IMG/VR virus record: IMGVR_UViG_3300008255_000163
Coordinates: 1 to 52,175 of that record
Direction: 5' to 3' (one strand)
Origin: a virus
Taxonomy: Duplodnaviria > Caudoviricetes
DNA: 52,175 nucleotides
The notes beneath the pieces were generated by a model, which made no database searches, was not told the DNA's origin, and saw only the letters and a list, made by a program, of their open reading frames with translations. This document shows, piece by piece, positions 45,098 through 52,175 of the stretch (within the stretch, counting starts at the first letter, position 1; each line of letters starts with the position of its first letter). Made by a program: the position numbers and the translations under genes.

Positions 45098-46626
45098 TTG
45101 ACCAACCAGCCCTTGACGGTGGCCATGCTTCGGATGTCTCGCTTGGTTGGGTTGATCACTTCAAAGCTGTCGAGCGCGTCCAGCAAATGAGGAAGCGACG
45201 GCTCAGGCAGTGTGCCAAGTGAACCGCGTGTCAGATCCTTCCTCTTGTATGTGACCGTCGCGACGATGCGCATGTGGTTGTTGAGCCGATTTGTCACGTA
45301 GTCGCGAGGAGCGTCCGTGCGCATCTCCTGAATGATGCGTTCGGCCACGGAGCGCATCTTGCACAGAATGGATGAGGAGCTTCCGATCTCTTTCTCTGGC
45401 ATCATCGGAAGCGTTGGGCCGGGATCCTTGGGCAGCCTTTGCGGGCTTGGCCGCGTCGTCCACGTTGCAGCGAGCTTGCTTGTTGCCTTCTCTGCCGCCT
45501 TGTCCGCGAGCGCATCTTCGTCAATGACCTGGGCTGGTCTCGTTGCCGACTCCTGCAACTCCTCCACGCTACGTGCCAGTTCCTCTTGCTTCGCCTTGAG
45601 TGACTTGATGTCCCGCGCGTGTTGCAGCGCCGCCATGAGCACTGCTTCGGTGTCAATGCCCGCCGCTTCCGCCGCACGCGGTGTGAAGTGCGAGGCGAGG
45701 ACATCGCGAGCCTTGACCTGGTAAACTTCGAGCTTCGCCTTGATGTGCGGCGCCACCTTGTTCGGGTTGATCTCCGAGAGCCACTTGGCGATGTCCGCTG
45801 CGTTGAGCATGTCGATCTGCTGGATTCTGCCTAGTGAGTCACGCGCGGAGATGATGTCCGTGCGTGCCCAATGGGCATCCTTGAGCTTTTTTCGCTGCCC
45901 TTCGACGTCCACCCCAATGTCCTCGCACATGCGGCGGATGCCAGCCCAGATACCCCGCTCGTTCTGAACGGCGTCGATGTGCCCACCGTCGAACGGCACC
46001 TTGACCAACTCGATCGCCTCGGACCGGTGGTTGACCTCGGAGGGTTCAATCGTGGACGCAGTAGGCTGGATGGGTGTCGTTGGCTCTGCGGAGATTGTTG
46101 ACTTCTCAGCCTTCCGATTGCGGCAGAATGTCGCCGTGGCCTTGCGTGCGCCACGCGTTCTTGCCTCTCGCAAACAGGCAATTGACCCGCACGTCTTCGC
46201 CCACCCAGCGCCGTTGCGACCGCTTACCTTCCTGCGCACAGGCTTCCCACAAACGACGCAAGGCGGACCCTTCGGATCATGGGGAGTGCTAGAGGCTTCC
46301 GATTTAGGCTCAGACTTCGGCGCCTTCCTCTCCTGCCTCGCCCCCTGCCAGCGGAAAAGCTCGGCCATATCAGGCGATCCCTTGCGATACGCCGTGACGG
46401 CCACCAGCGGGAGCCCCCACGCTCGAACCCGTGCAGAGACGTCGTTGCGCTTCCCCGGGAGTCCGGCCTGGTTGTAGATGACAAGCTCCGCGACGCCGGG
46501 GTCCGCCTGATGCAGGTCTTTGAAGGACACCCACGCAACTACCTCGACTCCAGCACTCGCAAGCGGCTTCTCCAGCATGCGACGGGTCGAGTTGTGTTCA
46601 TTCGCAATCACGATCGCTTTGCACAT
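45094..46626 (-). CDS. Multidomain antirepressor (P22 AR N-terminal-like domain in the middle)
   Basis: 'VPFDGGHIDAV…WAGIRRMCEDIGVDVEGQRKKL…KWL..INPNKV…YQ'; N-terminal alpha/beta domain and CVVC…CGSIAC. Confidence 0.75.
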   Translation of the reverse strand: MCKAIVIANEHNSTRRMLEKPLASAGVEVVAWVSFKDLHQADPGVAELVIYNQAGLPGKRNDVSARVRAWGLPLVAVTAYRKGSPDMAELFRWQGARQERKAPKSEPKSEASSTPHDPKGPPCVVCGKPVRRKVSGRNGAGWAKTCGSIACLREARTRGARKATATFCRNRKAEKSTISAEPTTPIQPTASTIEPSEVNHRSEAIELVKVPFDGGHIDAVQNERGIWAGIRRMCEDIGVDVEGQRKKLKDAHWARTDIISARDSLGRIQQIDMLNAADIAKWLSEINPNKVAPHIKAKLEVYQVKARDVLASHFTPRAAEAAGIDTEAVLMAALQHARDIKSLKAKQEELARSVEELQESATRPAQVIDEDALADKAAEKATSKLAATWTTRPSPQRLPKDPGPTLPMMPEKEIGSSSSILCKMRSVAERIIQEMRTDAPRDYVTNRLNNHMRIVATVTYKRKDLTRGSLGTLPEPSLPHLLDALDSFEVINPTKRDIRSMATVKGWLVK

Positions 46627-46694
46627 GTACATCTCCTTGGGCGCGTCCCCGGTTGCCAACCGGGCGAGTGAGGCTCAGACGCGCGAGTCGCCCT

Positions 46695-47576
46695 TCAGGG
46701 CGTGCCCTCGATGACCAGCGCCTCGGGCAGCTTCTCGCGAACCGTCGTCATCATGTCGAGCACCGCGTCCCGCTTCGCCTGGTCGGCATGGACCACGTTG
46801 TACGACCAGGTGATGCGCCCCTCGCGCGCCCGGTATCGGAGGCGAACGACGTGGGTGTATGCGTCGCCGCCGAGGAACACCGGGATGGCGATGACGAAGG
46901 CGTTGTGAATCGAAAGCGGCTTGCCGTCCTCTCCATTGTGCTGCTCCGAGTACATGATCTGCGCTTCCCCGGTGTCGAGCCGCCTGACCTCCTTCACGTG
47001 CTGGGCGACCTTGATCGACAGTCCCTTGGCGAGACCCTGGAGCTCCGCTGGCATCGCCGCCTTCACGCCGAGCTGCTCGATGATGCCCTGAGTCTTCGGT
47101 CCAGCGCTCGCCGGGGTGATGACGTCGAGGCATCGGTCCTCGAGCAGTTCGGCAAAGGCGACCTGCGCGAGAGGCTTGCCATCGTTCGCTGCCCACGCCT
47201 TCCACTCCTCGCTCAGGGCGGGAAGGTAGATGACGCGGTGGTCACGCCAGCCGGGCTCCGCTCCCCCGCCGTGGTCGTTGAGCACGGCGACGAGCTTGGG
47301 CTGCGGACCGTCGTCCACGTAGACGACAGTGTCCGGAGAGCAGTGCCTGTTGGTGAGCGCGATGAAGGCCTCGAGGGTATTGACTCGCACGTCGCCCGCG
47401 GCTCGCCGGGGGGCGTCAGCCCTCTTGTCCAGATCGGCCTGGATGTCGACGACCACCATGCCCTTCGGGACCACGAGCTTCGCCACGCCTGCGTCGTCGT
47501 AGAATGGCTTCGGTGCGCTCAGCCGCTCCACGGCTTCGATGATTGCCTGTGCGTTACCGCTATTCTCTTCCATCAT
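46695..47576 (-). CDS. DUF2303 (YfdQ-like) protein
   Basis: 'LVAVLNDH..PGWRDHR', 'SEEWKAW', 'QVAFAELLED', 'IAIPVF..RLRYR'. Confidence 0.88.
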   Translation of the reverse strand: MMEENSGNAQAIIEAVERLSAPKPFYDDAGVAKLVVPKGMVVVDIQADLDKRADAPRRAAGDVRVNTLEAFIALTNRHCSPDTVVYVDDGPQPKLVAVLNDHGGGAEPGWRDHRVIYLPALSEEWKAWAANDGKPLAQVAFAELLEDRCLDVITPASAGPKTQGIIEQLGVKAAMPAELQGLAKGLSIKVAQHVKEVRRLDTGEAQIMYSEQHNGEDGKPLSIHNAFVIAIPVFLGGDAYTHVVRLRYRAREGRITWSYNVVHADQAKRDAVLDMMTTVREKLPEALVIEGTP

Positions 47577-47953
47577 TCACCACCTTCCGCCCGCGCGCCG
47601 GGCTCCTTGATAGTTCTCGTCCCGCCGACTTCCTTGACCTCCCGGAACAGCTTCTGCTGCTTCGGGTTGTCCTGAGTCAGCCCGTGTTTGCCGAGCCAGA
47701 AAGGCGTGTCCTTGCGCACCTTGCGCGGTAGCTTGCCGGTCACGTTGGGGGCAAACGTCGCCATCCCATTCGACGCCATCGACACGTCCAGCGAGATTGT
47801 CAGCGTGCCTTTGACCGTTCGTGCGCTCGCAGTCGCCCGCTCGTGCAGCTTCTCGATAAGCTCTCGAAGCTCGTCGCTCACCTCGTCGCGGAGCTCGCCG
47901 TCCGCGATGCTCGCGAGCAGAACTCCGAAGTCCCATGTTCCGTTGTCAGGCAT
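47573..47953 (-). CDS. YfdP-like partner of DUF2303
   Basis: 'KGTLTISL', 'KLP…FW…GLTQDNPKQQKL'; directly upstream of DUF2303. Confidence 0.75.
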   Translation of the reverse strand: MPDNGTWDFGVLLASIADGELRDEVSDELRELIEKLHERATASARTVKGTLTISLDVSMASNGMATFAPNVTGKLPRKVRKDTPFWLGKHGLTQDNPKQQKLFREVKEVGGTRTIKEPGARAEGGE

Positions 47954-47966
47954 CTCGATCCTCCAA

Positions 47967-48203
47967 TCACGCTTCCGTCGTGGGTTGCGCTGTAATCCTC
48001 AGCAGCGGACGCGTTCGCGCACGGCCAGCCGGCAGCGACGCCAGCGCCATGTTGAACGGGTTGTAGGTGTCGCTGGTTGCGACGAGCTTGCCGTCACGAA
48101 CGCGGATGAGCTCGGCACCGATGGGCGAGTCCTTGAGCCGATCGAATCGGTCCGCGCCGCAGATCGCCAGGCGTCGGCCTTCGTGGACGATGATGTACAT
48201 CAC
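47967..48203 (-). CDS. Hypothetical protein
   Basis: 78 aa, GTGA-coupled with upstream gene. Confidence 0.55.
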   Translation of the reverse strand: MMYIIVHEGRRLAICGADRFDRLKDSPIGAELIRVRDGKLVATSDTYNPFNMALASLPAGRARTRPLLRITAQPTTEA

Positions 48204-48739
48204 TGACCTCCTACGAGGTTGGTCGCCTCATGCTCTGGGCACCCGCTTGCTATCCACTGTTTCACCAGAAGAAGAGCGCGGTCGGATTCCTCTCTGCTTC
48301 CTGCGGGATGGACACGCAGTGGCCGTTTGCACAGCGCGTCCTCGGGTGCCCAGCCACGCTTCAGTCTGGTGCGCACGCACGTGTGAGACAGGCCAAACCG
48401 TTCCACCAGATCCATCAGTGAGAACGACTTGCCTTGGACGCAAACGATCACGTTGTCGCGTTTGTTGCGGTTCTGAAGTCGATTGTCCAGCCAACGGCAG
48501 TTGGACGGTTCGTAATTGCCGTCGTTGTCGATCCTATCGATTGAATAATCGCGACTTGGTCTTGGCCCCATATCGGCAAGGAAGTTCGGGTAGCTATGCC
48601 ACCTTTCACAAACCCGGATTCCTCTGGCTCCGTACGAGCGGAACATCGGATTTGCTGGCGTGTGGCACCTTGAAAGCATGTTGCACCACGTCTTATATTC
48701 GGGCGTCCATCCAACACGCTTTGCGCACCCATGCACCAT
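48200..48739 (-). CDS. HNH homing-endonuclease-like protein
   Basis: 'YKTWCNMLSRC…YGARGIRVCERW…SIDRIDNDGNYEPSNCRW…QNRN'; ATG 48739 by TGATG overlap. Confidence 0.88.
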   Translation of the reverse strand: MVHGCAKRVGWTPEYKTWCNMLSRCHTPANPMFRSYGARGIRVCERWHSYPNFLADMGPRPSRDYSIDRIDNDGNYEPSNCRWLDNRLQNRNKRDNVIVCVQGKSFSLMDLVERFGLSHTCVRTRLKRGWAPEDALCKRPLRVHPAGSREESDRALLLVKQWIASGCPEHEATNLVGGQ

Positions 48740-49314
48740 CAGCCTTCCTCCATGGCAAGCTCGTGGCGAAGCGACGCGAGCACCATTTCGACGTCCGCCA
48801 GCTTCTCGGATAGCGACTTGCGCTCCTCGGCGTCGATGGTGCCGTCGAACATGGCAGCGCGCCACTCGGCGGCAACATCTCCAACCTCCGCGTGCAGGTC
48901 GTCCATCAGATCGCGCAACGTCCGAGACCTGTCCGTGATGTGCGTGGCGTGCTGGACGTGGGAGAGCGCCGCTGTCAGCGTTGCCAAGGCAACGTCACGT
49001 CCCCTACGGCTGGACTCGGCCATGGCGAGCAGTCGCCCGAGCGGCACGGTGCGCGGGTGGTCGGCATCGCCCCACCAAGTGGCGAGGTTGCGCGACACGC
49101 CAGCAGCGTCAGCAGCAGCTCGCTGACTCATTCCAGCTGCGCCCAAGGCGATCGCAAACGCCCGCGACGCAACGCTCTTGCACTGGGCTACCGTGTAGTC
49201 AGCGGCCCGCCTGGGCTTGGCCACTGACGGGCCTGGCACCTGGGTCGTATCCTTCCCAGCATGGTTGGCGTTGCACTCATCCCGAATCGTTGCTACGTTC
49301 TGCATTGCAATCAA
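48739..49314 (-). CDS. CII-like phage regulatory protein with HTH
   Basis: 'MSQRAAADAAGVSRNLATWW' HTH; 'EVGDVA…AMFDGTIDAEER' CII/CP76-type C-terminus. Confidence 0.75.
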   Translation of the reverse strand: MIAMQNVATIRDECNANHAGKDTTQVPGPSVAKPRRAADYTVAQCKSVASRAFAIALGAAGMSQRAAADAAGVSRNLATWWGDADHPRTVPLGRLLAMAESSRRGRDVALATLTAALSHVQHATHITDRSRTLRDLMDDLHAEVGDVAAEWRAAMFDGTIDAEERKSLSEKLADVEMVLASLRHELAMEEG

Positions 49315-49356
49315 CCTCCGTGTGTGCCCGGGTACCAGCCGGGCACATTCGTTTTG

Positions 49357-49743
49357 TCAGGCAACCTCGGTCGGCGTGATCCAGAGCCTCGCTGGTCCGA
49401 AGTCGAAGCCTCGCTCCGATGCGAACTTGGCGAACTTCCCCCAGGTCTTGCGGGCACGCATGATGCTCGACTTGAACGGCTCCGACGATTCGAGATCATC
49501 GAGCGGCGTGGCCGTCTCGAGGAAGTCCGGACACCCGTTGCGACCGCTTGCCCCTACAGCCGCGTAGAACCCGATCAGAAAGCGGCCGGCCTCGGACGGG
49601 AACTCGACGCACTCGGCCTCGCCCCATCCTCGGTTCTTACCCGTCTCGCGCCACGCTTCAGAGAGATCCTCCATCTTCTCCCACACGGCATCATCGTCCG
49701 CGTACTCAACCCCAACCAACAACGCCAACGTCATCTGTCCCAT
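49357..49743 (-). CDS. Hypothetical protein
   Basis: AAGGAGGAG RBS; 128 aa. Confidence 0.7.
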   Translation of the reverse strand: MGQMTLALLVGVEYADDDAVWEKMEDLSEAWRETGKNRGWGEAECVEFPSEAGRFLIGFYAAVGASGRNGCPDFLETATPLDDLESSEPFKSSIMRARKTWGKFAKFASERGFDFGPARLWITPTEVA

Positions 49744-49755
49744 CGTTCTCCTCCT

Positions 49756-49947
49756 TCAGTTCTCCCGCCCCACAAGCGGCCTCGTGGCCGCGTACTCGAA
49801 GGGCGACATCCAGCAGAGCCAGCCGAACACCGTGTGGGGATACATCTCCCGCAACTCGGGCTCCCACATCTGGTCCACCCAGAACCGGACGGTCTGCCTG
49901 TAGGACAGCACTCGCATGTCCGTTGCTGGATGCCGACTGCGAAACAT
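49756..49947 (-). CDS. Hypothetical protein
   Basis: Trp-rich small ORF, zero gap after upstream stop. Confidence 0.45.
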   Translation of the reverse strand: MFRSRHPATDMRVLSYRQTVRFWVDQMWEPELREMYPHTVFGWLCWMSPFEYAATRPLVGREN

Positions 49948-50127
49948 TCAGACCTCAACCCCGGGGAGTTGAATCCCAGAGAAGTCCTGGAGTTGCACCA
50001 GCCGGAGTCGACCGTCCTCGTGGGCCTTTCGCACTTCGGCCACGAATGCCTCGTAGTCGGAGAGGCGCCCTTGCTCCTTGGCATACTCGGGCAAGGAGAG
50101 GCGTCGCTTTGGTCGATACATGGTCAT
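49948..50127 (-). CDS. Hypothetical protein
   Basis: MTMYRPKRRLSLPEY…; protein-like part of the 203-aa track ORF. Confidence 0.5.
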   Translation of the reverse strand: MTMYRPKRRLSLPEYAKEQGRLSDYEAFVAEVRKAHEDGRLRLVQLQDFSGIQLPGVEV

Positions 50128-50276
50128 TGCCCTGTTGATAGGCGCACACCGCGGCGATCCCGGGCCGCGGGTGCTTCGACGCTGAACGCCGTCAACGCCG
50201 TGTGTCTGCCTGGTCAGGCTGGCGCGTCGGTCCGCCAGCATCACCTCGCCCGTGTGGGCTTGCCCGTCTGGGCTTG

Positions 50277-50358
50277 TACCCTCCGGAGGAATCGAACCTC
50301 CACGCGACGATCCGACTCGTCGGCCACCGAGCGCACTGCGCTGTCCAGTGGGGAGGAT
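50277..50358 (-). ncRNA. tRNA-like structure (canonical acceptor + T-arm, non-canonical D/anticodon region)
   Basis: ATCCTCC/GGAGGGT acceptor, GGAGG TTCGATT CCTCC T-arm, CACTG/CAGTG hairpin; ends A-CAA rather than CCA. Confidence 0.6.
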
Positions 50359-50652
50359 GTGCGCCGTCTCTCCGGCTGTCACGCCTCGCATGCTCTCGCT
50401 CTGCCGGCGTTCGCAGTTTCGTGTCAGATGGGAGGACGGCGCCATCCGACGTCCCCGCCCGTCCGCGGGACGACTCACGACCGAACTACAGTCTACACGC
50501 GTCGCGGGCTGTGCTGTGCGACACGGGTCACCTCCGATCTGGTAGATTGTGGATGGCATCGTTGTTCCGCGGTTGATCTCATCGGCCGTGTGGCCGGCAC
50601 CTCGAAAGCCCCGGGCCTGGTGGCTGCGGGGCTGGTACGGACGCTGGGAAGG

Positions 50653-50871
50653 TCAGGGCGGGCCGAATGCGCGCCTCACGTTCTCAAGGTGCGCTTCCCT
50701 GCACGCGCCTGTGAGGTCCCGCAACAGCTTGTCCGCGGCGTCCAGCGTGATCAGATGCGCGGACCCAGGCATCGTGACCTCGATGGGATAGCGGGTCGGC
50801 TTGCCATCTTCTCGGCGGTAGACCCGAGCGGTCGGCACGCACTCGCTCACGTGGACATCCCAATCCGACAT
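50653..50871 (-). CDS. Hypothetical protein
   Basis: 72 aa; TAG-ATG zero-gap start. Confidence 0.6.
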   Translation of the reverse strand: MSDWDVHVSECVPTARVYRREDGKPTRYPIEVTMPGSAHLITLDAADKLLRDLTGACREAHLENVRRAFGPP

Positions 50872-51093
50872 CTACTTGCCCTCCGGCGGGTCGGGCAATG
50901 GCATCGTCTCCACGACGCCAACAAGTTTGCGTGCATCGGAGTCCAGCGCATCGACACCATGCATCGGGCATGCGATCGACGTTCTGCCATCTACCCACGT
51001 GATGATATGCGTTGCCGCGGCTTCGCACTGCTTCCCACGCGGCTCTTCGGTGGTCGGGTCGTGGTCGAAGTGGAATCCACATCTCTCGCGCAT
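50872..51093 (-). CDS. Small Cys/His (zinc-binding-like) hypothetical protein
   Basis: RC…QCEAAATH…ACPMH. Confidence 0.6.
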   Translation of the reverse strand: MRERCGFHFDHDPTTEEPRGKQCEAAATHIITWVDGRTSIACPMHGVDALDSDARKLVGVVETMPLPDPPEGK

Positions 51094-51207
51094 CTACGCT
51101 CTCCTCCCGAGCCAGAACAAGCGCCCCACGAGGCGGTACCAGTCGCCTCGAGCGTCGAGGTGCACCGGGTGGTGGTAGTCTCGGTCCATGAGACGGAGGC
51201 GGAGCAT
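51094..51207 (-). CDS. 37-aa hypothetical protein
   Basis: MLRLRLMDRDYHHPVHLDARGDWYRLVGRLFWLGRRA*; exactly fills the gap between neighbours. Confidence 0.5.
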   Translation of the reverse strand: MLRLRLMDRDYHHPVHLDARGDWYRLVGRLFWLGRRA

Positions 51208-51630
51208 TCAGACCCCCACCGCGTTCTGCACTTCCCACCAGCACCCGTGCTTGTCCTGCCCGTGATCGGTGACAACCACGTCCCACGCACGGAACAACGA
51301 GTCCCACCCGTCGAACTCAAACCCGAATTCACCGAACCCCTCGCTCGTCTTTCCCTCCCGTTTGTTGAGGAGGAAGACCTTGCCGTTGAGAAAGCGGACA
51401 GTGGCCGCGCCGAAGAGGCGGTTCCTGCGGGCTGGCGGGACGCGCCTGCGAAGGTCGGCCAGTTCCGCTGCCATCTCGGTAACGGCCGCCCGGTAGCCGT
51501 GGAGTTCCTCAGCGAGTCGACGGGCCGCAACGTCGTCCACGTGCGGCTCTATCATGACGGTGATGCCATCGATGGTCATGGATCGACGGCGGGAGCCTCC
51601 CGGAAGGAATGCGTACTCGACGACCGGCAT
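51208..51630 (-). CDS. Hypothetical protein
   Basis: 140 aa directly after cro-like gene. Confidence 0.6.
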   Translation of the reverse strand: MPVVEYAFLPGGSRRRSMTIDGITVMIEPHVDDVAARRLAEELHGYRAAVTEMAAELADLRRRVPPARRNRLFGAATVRFLNGKVFLLNKREGKTSEGFGEFGFEFDGWDSLFRAWDVVVTDHGQDKHGCWWEVQNAVGV

Positions 51631-51906
51631 CTACGCGGCCTCCTGCGGGTCGGAGTGCGCCACCGCGCGGGCTTGTTCACGCCGCACCTGCAAGCGGCGT
51701 CGCTGCTCGTCAGCAAGCGCTTCCCAGGCGGCACACGGTACGCCGGTAACCCTCGCAATCTTCACGGCCTGACCGACGTGCGGACACTTCTTGCCCGACT
51801 CCCAGTCGCTCCAGGTCACCTGGCTGACGCCCACGAGCTCTCCGGCAGCGGTTTGCGACAGTTCCTTCGCAAGCCGCCATTCGCTCAACATCTGTGGTCC
51901 GTTCAT
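51631..51906 (-). CDS. Cro-like XRE HTH regulator
   Basis: 'LSEWRLAKELSQTAAGELVGVSQVTWSDWESGKKCP'. Confidence 0.9.
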   Translation of the reverse strand: MNGPQMLSEWRLAKELSQTAAGELVGVSQVTWSDWESGKKCPHVGQAVKIARVTGVPCAAWEALADEQRRRLQVRREQARAVAHSDPQEAA

Positions 51907-51910
51907 CTCA

Positions 51911-51969
51911 CTATAGCGATAGCAATGAAAACGAAGGGTGTCAAGGCCCTCCTATGACTATCGCTAAAG
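51911..51969. promoter_or_regulatory. Divergent promoter/operator region
   Basis: Inverted pair CTATAGCGATAG (51911-51922) / CTATCGCTAAAG (51958-51969); minus-strand TTGACA at 51939-51944; AT-rich. Confidence 0.6.
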
Positions 51970-51990
51970 CAATATGTTGGGGGTGATAGG

Positions 51991-52175
51991 ATGCTCGTCG
52001 AGATGGCCGAAAAGACGAAAGCTCTCGCAAGCGAGCAGAACGACGCGGTGCGAGCTCTTGCACAGAAGCTCGTGAAAGACGATTTCGGCGACAACAAGTC
52101 CGCGGCTGCACGCGCGTTCAACGTGTCGCAGTCGATGCTCTACGAATTCCTCGCCACCCCACCTCGCCGAGGTGC
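51991..52175 (+). CDS. CI-like repressor N-terminal HTH (3'-partial; start 51991 or 52003)
   Basis: Translated by hand: MLVEMAEKTKALASEQNDAVRALAQKLVKDDFGDNKSAAARAFNVSQSMLYEFL…; divergent from the cro-like gene. Confidence 0.75.
   Translation, partial: MLVEMAEKTKALASEQNDAVRALAQKLVKDDFGDNKSAAARAFNVSQSMLYEFLATPPRRG

Noticed and set aside
48200-48739. HNH as part of a self-splicing intron
   Set aside because: Overlap-coupled to intact genes on both sides; no interrupted host gene or flanking intron sequence.
49261-51957. 898-aa plus-strand ORF
   Set aside because: Antisense shadow of many coupled minus-strand genes; R/H/L-rich with no motifs; expected in GC-rich DNA.
1-52175. Genome-wide TAG reassignment
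   Set aside because: Long genes are intact in code 11, other TAGs end genes right before proper starts, only one internal TAG was found and there is no CTA-anticodon tRNA.

Overview
GC-rich (about 65%, estimated by eye) segment of a temperate, contractile-tailed (myovirus-type) phage genome; nearly all genes lie on the minus strand. In transcription order (right to left): a divergent cI-like/cro-like switch, small early genes with a structured non-coding region containing a tRNA-like fold, a CII-like regulator, an HNH endonuclease, a YfdP/YfdQ(DUF2303)/YfdR(HD)-like module split by an antirepressor, and a tyrosine integrase. The integrase 3' end contains an intact attP (3' half of tRNA-Arg(CCT)), so this looks like the excised or free form. 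Next come three DNA methyltransferases plus DUF5131, a replication initiator with iterons, primase, DnaB helicase, a RusA-like resolvase, a sigma-70-type factor and an unusual initiator-like tRNA(CAT). The late region holds terminase, portal, minor head, scaffold, capsid, neck, sheath/tube, two baseplate-J paralogs, tape measure, hub, spike and wedge genes, an FG-GAP propeller, and a plus-strand moron encoding a myxobacteria-style Cys-rich lipoprotein. The host is inferred to be Myxococcota. Top oddities: (1) the scaffold frame is interrupted by an in-frame TAG inside a 72-nt segment bounded by 8-bp direct repeats (candidate recoding or bypass); (2) attP inside int would truncate Int and uncouple the methylase/replication operon on integration; (3) tRNA-like and RBS-sequestering RNA structures; (4) small ORFs carrying terminase-like motif fragments. 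No lysis genes, CRISPR arrays or reverse transcriptase were seen. All product calls come from motif recognition and synteny, not database searches.
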